Source of the DNA: Octopus vulgaris
Lineage: Eukaryota
Length of the DNA: 64,000 bases
Direction: 5' to 3'
Assembly: GCA_951406725.2 (NCBI GenBank)
Contig: OX597826.1
Span: forward strand, 72,292,001 to 72,356,000
The notes under the pieces were generated by a model that worked only from the letters and a program-made list of their open reading frames with translations, was not told where the DNA came from and made no database searches. A program made the position numbers and the translations under genes. Below, one piece after another: positions 13,498 through 23,945 of this stretch (positions within the stretch are counted from its first letter, which is position 1; the number at the start of each line of letters is the position of its first letter).

Positions 13498-13650
13498 TCA
13501 TCATCATCATTATTTAACGTCCATTTTCCATGCTGGCATGGGTTGGACAGTTTGACTAAGAACTGGTAGCCAGAAGGCTGCACCAGGCTCAATCTGATCT
13601 GGCAAAGTTTCTACAGCTGGATGCCCTTCCTAATGCGAACTACACCGAGA
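13498..13650 (-). mobile_element. SINE family B ((ATG)n tail, aggaagggcatccagctgtagaaac motif), 3' part
   Basis: catcatcat...tttaacgtcc...ctacagctggatgcccttcctaa, shared with more than 8 copies in the window. Confidence 0.85.
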
Positions 13651-13872
13651 AACGGGATGACACTGCATAGTGCCAAAGATCCCAGCAACGCCATCACACT
13701 TCAGGACCAGTTACTGCAACAGCCTGGGTTTCAAGGGCCCACAGCTTTTTAATATTCTCCCAAAGAGTCTGAGGAACTTGCACAAAGTAGATGTAGGGGT
13801 TTTTAAATCAAAGCTGGACCTCTTCCTGTCAAGTGTCCCAGATGAACCTAGCTCATGGCAAGAGGTGCAAAT
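13651..13872 (+). mobile_element. CR1-group LINE 3' ORF fragment
   Basis: NSLGFKGPQLFNILPKSLRNL...FKSKLDLFLSSVPDEP fits the CR1-group C-terminal motif GPxLFNxLP..FKxxLDxFLxxVPDxP. Confidence 0.75.
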
Positions 13873-14120
13873 ATGTCCACGGGTACATATATGTACACCA
13901 CAGAAATCAGGCAACTAACTCCTATGTGTCTATAGGGCTTGAAAGGGGTGCTTCATTCTTTACCCTTATTAAATCTTCCTAACCTAACACCAAGTATTGC
14001 AGTCATTGCTTGTTTCTAAAATGATTTTATCAATTGTGGGTATGTAAACAGGGGCATTTCTTGGATTCTTGTAGAAAAGAAACTGAGATTCTTCCACTGA
14101 ATAGAGTTAATGTATATATA

Positions 14121-14510
14121 CTCTCTTTTACTCTTTTACATGTTTCAGTCATTTGACTGCGGCCATGCTGGAGCACCGCCTTTAGTCGAGCAAATCGACC
14201 CCGGGACTTATTCTTTGTAAGCCCAGTACTTATTCTATCGGTCTCTTTTGCCGAACCGCTAAGTGACGGGGACGTAAACACACCAGCATCGGTTGTCAAG
14301 CAATGCTAGGGGGACAAACATAGACACACACACACATATATATATATATACATATATACGACAGGCTTCTTTCAGTTTCCGTCTACCAAATCCACTCACA
14401 AGGCATTGGTCGGCCCGAAGCTATAGCAGAAGACACTTGCCCAAGATGCCATGCAGTGGGACTGAACCCGGAACCATGTGGTTGGTTACCAAGCTACTTA
14501 CCACACAGCC
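14121..14510 (-). mobile_element. SINE family A (tRNA head, CORE-like ccttgggcaagtgtctt, internal TA/TG microsatellite, gtaaaaga tail), young copy
   Basis: Near-identical to the reverse complement of 17408-17820 and 38762-39137; CpGs retained. Confidence 0.9.
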
Positions 14511-15116
14511 AGGGAAAAATGTCACATAATGCTTTCAAGGTAGAGGTAAGTGGATAATAAAGGGTCACTCACTTGGATGGCAACTCATTCAGTCTATCAT
14601 CTGGGTTTTTCCTGATTGTAAAGCCAATGTCACTCTCTCACTTTTCATCTTCCCCAGCCCCCCAAAAAATCTCCAGCTACATCACATTACAATTTGTTGA
14701 CCTTCATCTGATGAAATTATGAAACAACTGAAAAAAGGCATCTGAGATAAAGCCCATGCTGTAGCATCAGATTTTGAGATGGGAACCAATTCTACCATGG
14801 AAATGGGATCATGAGTTGAAAAAAGAAGGGTGCATGAAAATACCTGATACCAATCAGGTAGAAATGACAGACACAAATGATTTCAAGAAGAGATCTATTT
14901 CATAAGATCTATGCTTTTATGTTTTGAATGATAATGTCGTTACAGGATTAACTGTACATTTTAATGCTGTTAAGTGAGTGCTGAAAATGTTAATGTCTTG
15001 TGGCAACACTCCACCATGTAAAGAGTGGGCTAGAAAAGAAAGACAAAGGGATTAGCACACTAATAGCCTGTTGACCTTAGAAATGGAAGTCTTGCAACTG
15101 GAATGCAACATATACC

Positions 15117-15349
15117 TATTTCTTTACTACCCACAAAGGGCTACACACAGAGGGGACAAACAAGGACAGACAAATGGATTAAGTCGATTCTATCGACCCC
15201 AGTGTGTAACTGGTACTTAATTTATCAACCCCGAAAGGATGAAAGGCAAAGTCGACCTCGGCAGAATTTGAACTCAGAACATAACGACAGACGAAATACG
15301 GCTACGCATTTCGCCCGGCGTGCTAACGTTTCTGCCAGCTTGCCGCTTT
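15117..15349 (-). mobile_element. SINE family C, full length
   Basis: tRNA-like head on the minus strand. 19-bp TSD ctggaa(t/g)gcaacatatacc at 15098-15116 and 15358-15376. Confidence 0.88.
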
Positions 15350-15717
15350 ACTGTTGCCTGGAAGGCAACATATACCATAGATATATGAAGCAAATTTTAG
15401 AAAAGCAGGACTGAAAGTTTAGAAAACTAGAACTTTAAAATTCTACCACAAAGTCCAGTCTTTGTTGTGGTGCAGGGACTGGTGTACTTCAGTAATTCTG
15501 GGAGCTATGTCAGGAAAGTACAAGGTCCTTGTAGGGCCTCCCATGCTCAACAGGTCAAAGGAAAAAGGTTCTTTTCAGAAGTGGAAATGCTTTCAAGATA
15601 GTGACAAGTGGGGTTTAATGGTTTAGTCAATTAAATTAGATGGGAACTCATCAAGCATATCATCTAGGTTTTTCCTGATTGCAAACCCCAGTATCACTTT
15701 TCCACTCTTCACCTGTG

Positions 15718-16013
15718 TGGAGGCACATGGCCTAGTGGTTAGAGCAGCAGACTCGCGGTCGAGGGATCGCAGGTTCGAATCTCAGACCGGGCAATGTGTG
15801 TGTTTATGAGCGAAACACCTAAGCTCCACGCGGCTCCGGCAGAAGGTAATGGCGAACTTCTGCTGACTCTTTCACCACAACTTTCTCTCACTCTTTCCTC
15901 CTGCATCTTGCAGCTCACCTGCGACGGACCAGAGTCCCATCCAGGTGGGGAACATATACGCCAAGGAAACCAGGAAATCGGCCCTTCTGGGCCAGGCATG
16001 GCTCGAGAAGGAG
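15718..16013 (+). mobile_element. SINE family D, full length, tRNA-derived head
   Basis: A-box TGGCCTAGTGG and B-box GGTTCGAATCT. 13-bp TSD ctcttc(a/c)cctgtg at 15705-15717 and 16014-16026. Confidence 0.88.
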
Positions 16014-16029
16014 CTCTTCCCCTGTGCAG

Positions 16030-16195
16030 AGCCAAGACCCCCATCTAGGAAAAAAGAAAAGTTACAGAAACATCAATGGCAATTCAAAACCAACGAGGCC
16101 TGGGTGAGGAACACCTTAAGAGACCCCAGAATCAAGAAGAGTGGAGGAAAATCATTGATGGCTTTTGCTCCATAAGGAGCAAAGGGCCCAATAAG
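16030..16195 (+). mobile_element. RTE LINE extreme 3' fragment
   Basis: QNQEEWRKIIDGFCSIRSKG resembles the RTE terminal AQDRxxWRxxVxGLCS. Confidence 0.55.
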
Positions 16196-16702
16196 ATATA
16201 GAACTTTAGAATTACTAAATTTACTAACAACAAACTCTGTAGTACATTTCCAAACATTGTTTTCGTTTAAGAAACATGATAAATATTCACAGGCAGGTGC
16301 ACCTTATGGGTGCAAGCATTGATGTGCAGTAAGAAGTTTGCTTCCCAACCACATGGTTCTGGGTTCAGTCCCACAGCATGGCACTTTGGGCAAGTGTTTT
16401 CTTCTATAGCTCCAAGCTAACCAAAGCCATGTAAACAGATTTGGTTGATGGAAACTGAACGAAGATCATTGTGTGTACACACACACATGCACATAAATAT
16501 GATTTTATTATATGAATTCATAAGAATCAAGGCACATCAACTCGTAGGACACCAGAAATGGTTAGGTATGATAGCATAGAACTCACATTGAAATAAACAA
16601 CATAAAAAAAAATGAAGTGTTGATAGGATATTGTAGATATGCAAGTACCAAATCCAATTTATATCATAGATCCGAATCAGGGGTGGGTCCTTGGTGTGGC
16701 AG

Positions 16703-17398
16703 AGGTATAAAAAGTAAACACAAATGGCATTTAAAATTTATGACAGCTGTTTCAAAAGAATTTTATTTATTTAATGTAGTCATAAAAGATTACATCATAA
16801 TCTCTAACCCATCATTATCAGGTAAAATTTTAAACAGGTAAGATTTTAAACATCAACCTGGACATAACTAACATTTGTTGGACTAATGGCTCATCTAAGT
16901 TTCATGTTCAAATTTATAGGATAATCAGATGTGGCTTAAAACAGGTAAACAAGAAAGAGAGAAATCATGTAGATATACAATCTAAATTCACTTGAATTTA
17001 GATGTAAAACTTAACTGAGTCACTAGTCTTAAGAATTTGGCTACATCCAGGCCAATATTTAAACCTTTAGCTTTCAGGTTATTCTATCGTATGTAATGAT
17101 TATTTATTCATATTGTTTTGAATTTGTCATGCCTTATCTCACAGCTTTAAGATGACATTGTTGGGTAGGTGTAAGAGGTTGGATCTGGCTAGTTTGAACA
17201 TAAAATGAGTAGAATATTTGGGCCAGATATAGCTAGATTAAATGCTAGAGGGTTAAAATCTTACTTGGTTAAAATTTTACGTATGTTGGTGGAACATATA
17301 TTATGATGTAATCATTTATGACTGCATTAAATAAATAACATTCTGCCAAAGCAACTGTTGTAAAGTTTAAACACCATTTGTGTTTACTTTTAATATAT
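16703..17398. mobile_element. Foldback/long-TIR element with ~220-bp diverged inverted arms
   Basis: 16703-16925 is the reverse complement of 16985-17062 plus 17253-17398. Also visible as the similar ORF translations IKSKHKW.L.F...V..E.YLFN.VI.DYIII on opposite strands. Confidence 0.75.
17063..17252 (+). mobile_element. piggyBac-type MITE family P1 nested in the foldback arm
   Basis: TTAA at 17059-17062 and 17253-17256; TIRs acctttagc / gctagaggg. Confidence 0.82.
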
Positions 17399-17407
17399 GC
17401 ATATATA

Positions 17408-17820
17408 GGCGTAGGAGTGGCTGTGTGGTAAGTAGCTTGCTTACCAACCACATGGTTCCAGGTTCAGTCCCACTGCGTGGCACCTTGGGCAAGTGTCTTC
17501 TACTATAGCCTTGGGCTGACCAAAGCCTTGTGAGTGGATTTGATAGACAGAAACTGAAAGAAGCCCATCGTATATATGTATATATATATGTGTATGTGTG
17601 TGTGTATATGTTTGTATGTCTGTGTTTGTCCCGCCAACATCGCATGACAACCGATGCTGGTGTGTTTACGTCCCCGTTACTTAGCAGTTCGGCAAAAGAA
17701 ACCGATAGAATAAGTACTAGGCTTACAAAGAATAAGTCATGGGGTCAATTTGCTTGACTAAAGGTGGTGCTCCAGCATGGCTACCGTCAAATGACTGAAA
17801 CAAGTAAAAAAGTAAAGAGT
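17408..17820 (+). mobile_element. SINE family A, full length
   Basis: ggcgtaggagtggctgtgtggtaag head through gtaaagag tail; flanked by atatata on both sides. Confidence 0.92.
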
Positions 17821-18199
17821 ATATATATACACACACACACATGCCCATGAGTGTGTGCATGTGTGTTTGTTTCCCACTAACGCTTGGCAACTGATGTTCT
17901 TTTGTTTATGTCCTCATAACTTAGAGGTTCGGCTTTTGGCAAAAGAAACTGATGGAATACGTACCAGGCTTTAAAAAAATGTACTGTGATTGATTCGTTC
18001 TGCTAAAACCCTTCAAGGTGGTGCCCCATCATGGCTGTAGACTAGTGACTGAAGCATGTAAAAGATAAAAGATACAAGATTAATTTAGATACTGATGTTA
18101 CTTCTTTGTTTTTCAGTCAGTGATAATATGATTTATGACTTACCATAATCATATATTAACTCCCCTTCTTCCTAGCTCTTCTGTCTGACCACCTCTGTC

Positions 18200-18395
18200 C
18201 AGCATTTGCCATGATTGATTGCTAGCCACTAAATCTTTTCTTTTATTTTTCTCTCCTTCTTTCTGTCGAAGAGCGTAGGCTCGAAACATAAAAGACTTTC
18301 TCACTTCCTGAGTGTTGAACTAATACATCTGTTTGTTGTTTACACACCCTTCTTCGTCTTTTGTTTTGTTTGTTTTTTTGGTAAATTCCAACTAT
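18200..18395 (+). mobile_element. Penelope-like element pseudo-LTR fragment
   Basis: Pyrimidine-rich segment containing a minimal hammerhead motif followed by a T-rich tail, the layout typical of PLE pLTRs. Confidence 0.6.
18258..18295 (+). ncRNA. Degenerate minimal type-I hammerhead ribozyme
   Basis: tcttt-CTGTCGA-A-GAGC(gtag)GCTC-GAAAC-ATA-aaaga: helix I 5 bp, helix II 4 bp. Deviates from the core at A6 and G16.2. Confidence 0.65.
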
Positions 18396-18544
18396 GTATA
18401 TAATATAGTTGCTATCAGGATTCTGTCATGAATTGTGGAAGGCTGAATAGATTATACCTTATGAATCAGAGTTTACAGTTAGATAAGGAATGATGTGTCG
18501 GATGTAACAACAGACAGTATATAATTCTTTCTAAATTTGGCACA

Positions 18545-18680
18545 AGGTCAGATACAGACCTTCATCAGCAAATGTCAGAGATACATCCTCAAGATCTGGT
18601 AGCTGGACAAAATTACAAACAGAAGTCTGTGAGAAAGAACAAACTAAACTCCCATCAATCAGTTCTGAAAAGGAAATGGT
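18545..18680 (+). mobile_element. Decayed RTE LINE fragment
   Basis: QIQTFISKCQRYILKIW*LDKITNRSL*ERTN matches RTE KIQTFINxCLRxILxIxWPDxIxNxxLWERT. Confidence 0.75.
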
Positions 18681-18855
18681 TCAGTCCAGTTTGCCTCAAC
18701 ATCTGCAAACATAAGTTCTCCTCTCCCTATTTTATGTTTCAGTGATTGGTTGGAGCAAGGCCATTTATCAAGCTGTTAACTCTGTTGCTTCCATAATTAA
18801 AAGTTCTATATAAGTTAGCATGGGTAGACTTATTGAGAGAGGATATTTTGTAGTA

Positions 18856-19078
18856 CAGTAACCCCTCGACTATTACAAGTGTTACGTTCCAAAAGCTCCT
18901 GCGATAGGTGAAAATCTGCAAAGTAGAAACAGTACCATACTGTATATTTTTAAAAATTATTTTTATAATTTGTATATATTTATTTTATCATAAATGCAAA
19001 ACACCACCACAGAAAAATCAGTTTAAGCTTAAATAATAAACCATGATAGGTGAACTGCAATATGGCAAGGGATTACTG
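18856..19078 (+). mobile_element. Tc1/mariner-superfamily (Tigger/pogo-like) MITE
   Basis: TA|CAGTAACCCCT ... AGGGATTACTG|TA, with repeated subterminal gataggtgaa motifs. Confidence 0.82.
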
Positions 19079-19118
19079 TATAATTATTTTATGATATCTG
19101 TTCTTACTAGCAAGCAGA

Positions 19119-19458
19119 TCATCATCATCGTTTAACGTCCACTTTCCATGTTAACATGGGTTGGACAATTTGACCGAGGGCTGGCAAACCAGATGGCTGC
19201 ACCAGGCTTCAATCTTGATCTGGCAGAGTTTCTACAGCTGGATGCCCTTCCTAATGCCAAACACTCTGAGAGTGTACTGGGTGCTTTTACATGCCACCAG
19301 CATGGATCCAGTCAGGCGGTACTGGCAACGACCTTGTTCAAATCTTTTACACATGCCACCAGCACAGGTGCCAGTACGGCATTGCTGGTAACAATCATGC
19401 TCGAATGGTGTCTTTTAAGTGCCACCGGCACGGAGGCCAGATAGCTGCTCTGGCAACG
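19119..19458 (-). mobile_element. SINE family B
   Basis: (CAT)n tail, ctacagctggatgcccttcctaa motif and gtgcc..ggcac subrepeats. Confidence 0.85.
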
Positions 19459-19536
19459 AGTATATTTTGGTAGCAATATTTGTCATGCTTAAAAAGTGAA
19501 TTATTTATTAAATGTATTAAAATATTTAAAAAGAAG

Positions 19537-19875
19537 TGCCAGCACCATGTAAAAATCACCCATACTGGCACCACATAAAAAGCACCTGTGCCGGTACGAT
19601 GTGAAAATTACCCATGTTGGCATCATGTGAAAAATACTTGTGCTAGCACCACATAAAACCCATCCATGCCAGTACCTGTGAAAAGCACCTATGGTGGTGC
19701 CATCAGTAAACATTGTAAAGTGGTTGGTGTCAGGAAGGACATCCAGCCATAGAAACCATGCCAAAACAGATGACTGGAGCCTGGCGTTACCTGCCTTTCT
19801 GATTTATCAGCTCCTGTCAAACCATCCATCCATCCATCCCATGCCATCATGGAAAACAGATATTAAATAATGTTG
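19537..19875 (+). mobile_element. SINE family B, older copy with expanded internal ~26-bp subrepeats
   Basis: About 7 subrepeats, then tcaggaaggacatccagccatagaaac and a catggaaaacagatattaaataatg tail. Confidence 0.75.
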
Positions 19876-20209
19876 ATTAAGTTAATCCTATATTCAGATG
19901 ACCTAATTCTTCATCACAGAATCAACTTAAAAACACAGGGATGTGAAACATGCAAGATTACAAGGCATTTGGTTGAATATTACATCTGGATTTAATGGAT
20001 TAGCTAATGGTAGGAAGATCAGGAATATGTCCAAATTTAAGAAACTAAATAGGAACTTGATAGTGTATCAGCCAATAAGCTGAAAATTTGGGGGCAGTTT
20101 CTTTTATGCCTGTTTGTAGGACAGTTCTAGAGCAGTGATTTCCAGCCTTTGCTATCCCCAGCACTACTAGGAAATGTTTTTGCACCTCTTTCAAAAATAA
20201 TTTTTTAAC

Positions 20210-20525
20210 TAACTGGCAACAATAAAGGGTTCCAGTTGATCTGACCAATGGAAAAGCCTGCTCGTGAAATTAACATGCAAGAGGCTGAGCACTCCACAGT
20301 CGTACATACCCTTAACATAGTTTTCAGGCAGATTCAACATGACACAGAATGTGACAAAGCTGGCCCTTTGAAATACAAATACTACTCATTTTTGCCAGTT
20401 GAGTGAGCTGGAGCAACATGAAATAAAGTGTCATGTTCCAGGACACACCACACCACTGGGAATCAAGCTTATCACCTTATAAGCGCAAGAAGCTAAAAGC
20501 CTTAACCACCAAGCCATGCACTTTC
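20210..20525 (-). mobile_element. tRNA-derived CORE-type SINE, full length
   Basis: Minus strand: tRNA head (tggcttggtggttaag...gattccc), CORE-like gtgtcctggaacatgacactttatttca...ctcaactggcaaaaatgag, and a tail matching 1-152. Confidence 0.8.
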
Positions 20526-21359
20526 GCAAAAATAATACTATATTTAAAGATGGAAAAGTCAATTTACTAATAATGAAGTTATTCTGTTTTTTAGTTGAAC
20601 CACATACATTACTGTGGAATAATAAAGTTCTTGTGCTTATTAGGACAAAGTTATGTTTAACCCATATATATCCCTGGTTGCATTTTTGCAACGCAAAACC
20701 TGCTCCTACTTGTTTGGACATGAACTTGCCAGGAAGCATCTGACTAAGCATACAAAATGTTCAGTTGGTAGTCGGTACCTGTAGTTAACAGTTGCATACT
20801 GTCCTTCTCTTCCAGATTGTGAAAGCTTACCATAATATTTAATCTAAATACAGTGAAATTTTAAGACTTCATTTTTTAATGAGCATATATGGGTTAAGAG
20901 TAAGCCAAAAAGCTATTACAATAAAGTATATACTTTCTCTCTTTGCAACTCCACCCCCTCCTGAAATGCTATCTTGCACCCCTAGAGTGTATGGGCACTC
21001 CAGGTGGGGAACCCCTGTTGTTCGTGAACAAATAAATTTATATCCAAATAGCCCATTTTTGGCATTAAAGGATACGTTACCGTACCATATCTACAACACT
21101 AGATTTACTGAAATTAAGTCAACAAATGAGTTTCTATGTTGTTAGTCAACTGCTTGATAGAGTAACTAAATCTCCCTCAGTAAGTGTTCAGTTGTCTTTA
21201 AAATGGGAATTAAGCATTTAGATATAAATGTTTAGATCTTTGGGAAAATATCAATTGTAAGGATGAAATAGCCACAACTAAGTCACCAGAAAATAACTGA
21301 AGTATTGAATATCTAAAAATATCCCTCTCATGCTATAGACTATTCTTCTTTATGGGTCA

Positions 21360-21690
21360 AAAACTTGGAGGGTTACCAAAGCCATAAAGAGTAAGCTACA
21401 TGAAATGTCTGTGCTACATGCTCAGGATCTGGAAGTCAGACAAAATTTCAAACAGTGGGATAGAACGAACCAAAACTCTCAATAATCAAGAAATTTTGGA
21501 AAGGAAATGGGGCTGGATTGGTTACACTTTGAGGAGACCCCCAAGTAGCATTTCAAGACAAGTGTTAAACTGGCAACTTGAAAGAAAGAGGAAAATTGGA
21601 TGACCTAAGAAGACTTGGAGAGGATGTGTGGAGAATGAAACAAAAGCAATTGGTCTCCCTTGGTCTGAAATCAAAGAGGTAGCCCAATAT
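21360..21690 (+). mobile_element. Decayed RTE LINE C-terminal fragment
   Basis: RKWGWIGYTLRRPPSSISRQVLNWQLERKRKIG*PKKTWR matches RTE RRWRWIGHTLRK...RQALxWxPxGKRKRGRPKxTWR. Confidence 0.85.
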
Positions 21691-22013
21691 TGGAGCACCG
21701 CCTTTAGTCGAGCAAATCGACCTCAGGACTTATTCTTATCAGTCTTTTTTGCCAAACTGCTAAGCTACGGGGACGTAAACACACCAGCATCAGTTGTCAA
21801 GTGATGTTGGGGGGGACAAACACAGACACACACACACATACATATACATATATACGACGGGCTTCTTTCAGTTCCCATCTACCAAATCCACTCACAAGGC
21901 TTTGGTCGGCCTGAGGCTATAGTAGAAGACACTTGCCCAAGGTGCCACGCAGTGGGACTGAATCCAGAACCATGTGGTTGGTAAGCAAGCTACTAACCAC
22001 ACAGCCTCTCCTA
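21691..22013 (-). mobile_element. SINE family A
   Basis: Reverse-complement match to family A. Confidence 0.9.
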
Positions 22014-22169
22014 CGTCGAGTTTATTTCAGATATTCTCACTATAAAAATCATCTCTTGCTAATCGTTGAGAGGACATTGGTGTTGTCTTGGTGGAGGTTT
22101 GCGCTCTCTGAGTGCCTTGTTTATTTTTAGAATGACAAGAATGTCCACTTTACAGAAGTTACTGGGTTC

Positions 22170-22480
22170 AACTATCATGGAATTTAAAGTTTTGATTATA
22201 TTCTCCTCATTTGTCTGCTATTAATATTTGTATATTTGGCCAGACATTGAACCTGAGACTTTATTTTATCAAGTGGGTCTGATGTTCTAACCACTGGACT
22301 AAGATCCTTAAATGATAGACTGAAAAATTCTCTCCATATCTGTTAGTGTATTAGACTATGTTAATAATATCCAATACACTTTTTGATAAAATAAAGGATC
22401 TAGGTCCAATCTATATCCTAGTTCATGAATATCCCCTGAAAATAATGAAAGAAAATATGAATTAAAATTTTGTGTAGATA
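22170..22480. repeat. Ancient palindromic element with tRNA-like arms
   Basis: ctttattttatcaa (~22259) and ttgataaaataaag (~22383) anchor diverged inverted arms. The left arm has A/B-box-like motifs on the minus strand. Confidence 0.5.
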
Positions 22481-22719
22481 GTCAGGAAAACAGACATGTC
22501 TACAAACACATCTCAGAAAAAATATATTGACTGCACTGTAATCCACTCCTTGTATATCACCACCATATTACAATAATATAAACAGTACATTATACTATCA
22601 ATATACCATTAAACTATTCATTCCTGGTCTATTCTGTTTCCAATGACCTGTACTTTCTGATTAGAACTATTCAACAACAACCCTAGTTATAACAGCAGGA
22701 TTCACAAGAAAGATTATCT

Positions 22720-23117
22720 GAGTGGCTGTGTGGTAAGTAGCTTGCTTACCAACCACATGGTTCCAGGTTCAGTCCCACTGCGTGACACCTTGAGCAAGTG
22801 TCTTCTACTATAGCCTCAGGCCGACCAAAGCCTTGTGAGTGGATTTGGAAGACGGAAACTGAAAGAAGCCTGTCGTATATATGTATATGTATATATATGT
22901 GTGTGTTTGTATGTCTGTGTTTGTCCCCCACAACATCGCTTGACAACCGATGTCCCCGTAACTTAGCAGTTCGGCAAAAGAGACGGATAGAATAAGTACT
23001 AGGCTCACAAAGAATAAGTCCTGGGGTTGATTTGCTCAACTAAAGGCGGTGCTCCAGCATGGCTGCAGTCAAATGACTGAAACAAGTAAAAGAGTAAAAG
23101 AGAGAGAGTAAGAGAGT
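22720..23117 (+). mobile_element. SINE family A
   Basis: gagtggctgtgtggtaagtagc head through (gtaaaaga)n tail. Confidence 0.9.
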
Positions 23118-23548
23118 GATCACTTGTTCTGAAAAATCAGCAAATGTCTCTGTCTCTCAACAAACATCTGAAATCATAAACTCTATATTAAGTTCTAAAT
23201 TTTAGAACATGTCCTACAATAAATATGGTTAGACCACTCATAAAACTTTCTAGTTTATTTTATGTGCTACTCCAGCTTTGCTATGCCTGTACATCAGGTT
23301 GATAATCCTGTTTGTTGAGTAATTTATCTTTGTCAGACTGATCTGTTCCACCAGATTTGATCATTAGTATTTAACAATTGTTATCAACAGAAATTCTGAG
23401 AATAACCTGATTTCTATAATCATCAGGCAATATTATCATTCTTTTAAAATCTCTTTTACAGCTTCTCAATGTTGGAATTTTTCTATTATTCAAAGGATAT
23501 TTTGAGAATAATATGGTTGATGTATTCTTGTTAATATTATTTGAAAGT

Positions 23549-23945
23549 AAGGCAGCGAGCTGGCAGAAACATTAACACACCGGGCGAAATGCTTAGTGGT
23601 ATTTTGTCTGTCTTTACGTTCTGAGTTCAAATTCTGCCGAGGTCGACTTTGCCTTTCATCCTTTTGGGGTCAATTAAATAAGTACCAGTTACGCACTGGG
23701 GTCGATGTAATCGACTTAATACCTATGTCTGTCCTTGTTTGTCCCCTCTATGTTTAGCCCCTTGTGGGTAGTAAAGAAATAAGAACTACTAGCACAATGG
23801 ACAAAATGCTTGGCAGCATTTTGTCTGTGTTCAAATACCACTGGGGTAAATAAAATAAGTACCAGTTGCGTACTGGGGGCGATATAATCAACTAGCACCC
23901 TCCTCTGAAACTGCTGGCCTTGCGCCAAAATTTGGAACCAATATT
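23549..23945 (+). mobile_element. SINE family C full copy (23549-23782) plus adjacent older C-related copy
   Basis: aaggcagcgagctggcagaa head, B-box gagttcaaattc, gcctttcatcctttt core and gtaaagaaataag end. A second decayed head and tail follow. Confidence 0.85.

Larger units (their letters stand above)
16311..18073 (+). mobile_element. Old SINE family A copy split by nested insertions (head 16311-16500, tail 17845-18073)
   Basis: The head stops at the internal microsatellite, and a similarly decayed tail resumes after ~1.35 kb of other elements. Confidence 0.55.

Noticed and set aside
15718-15795. tRNA gene
   Set aside because: A/B boxes are present but there is no acceptor stem or poly-T terminator; it is the head of a TSD-flanked SINE. 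The same applies to the other SINE heads.
18544-18568. Minus-strand CTGATGA-AGGTC..GACC as a hammerhead
   Set aside because: No GAAA follows helix II, and the sequence is explained as RTE coding remnant (QTFISK).
19537-19710. CRISPR-like repeat array
   Set aside because: Eukaryotic DNA, no unique spacers, no cas genes; the units are degenerate tandem subrepeats of SINE family B.
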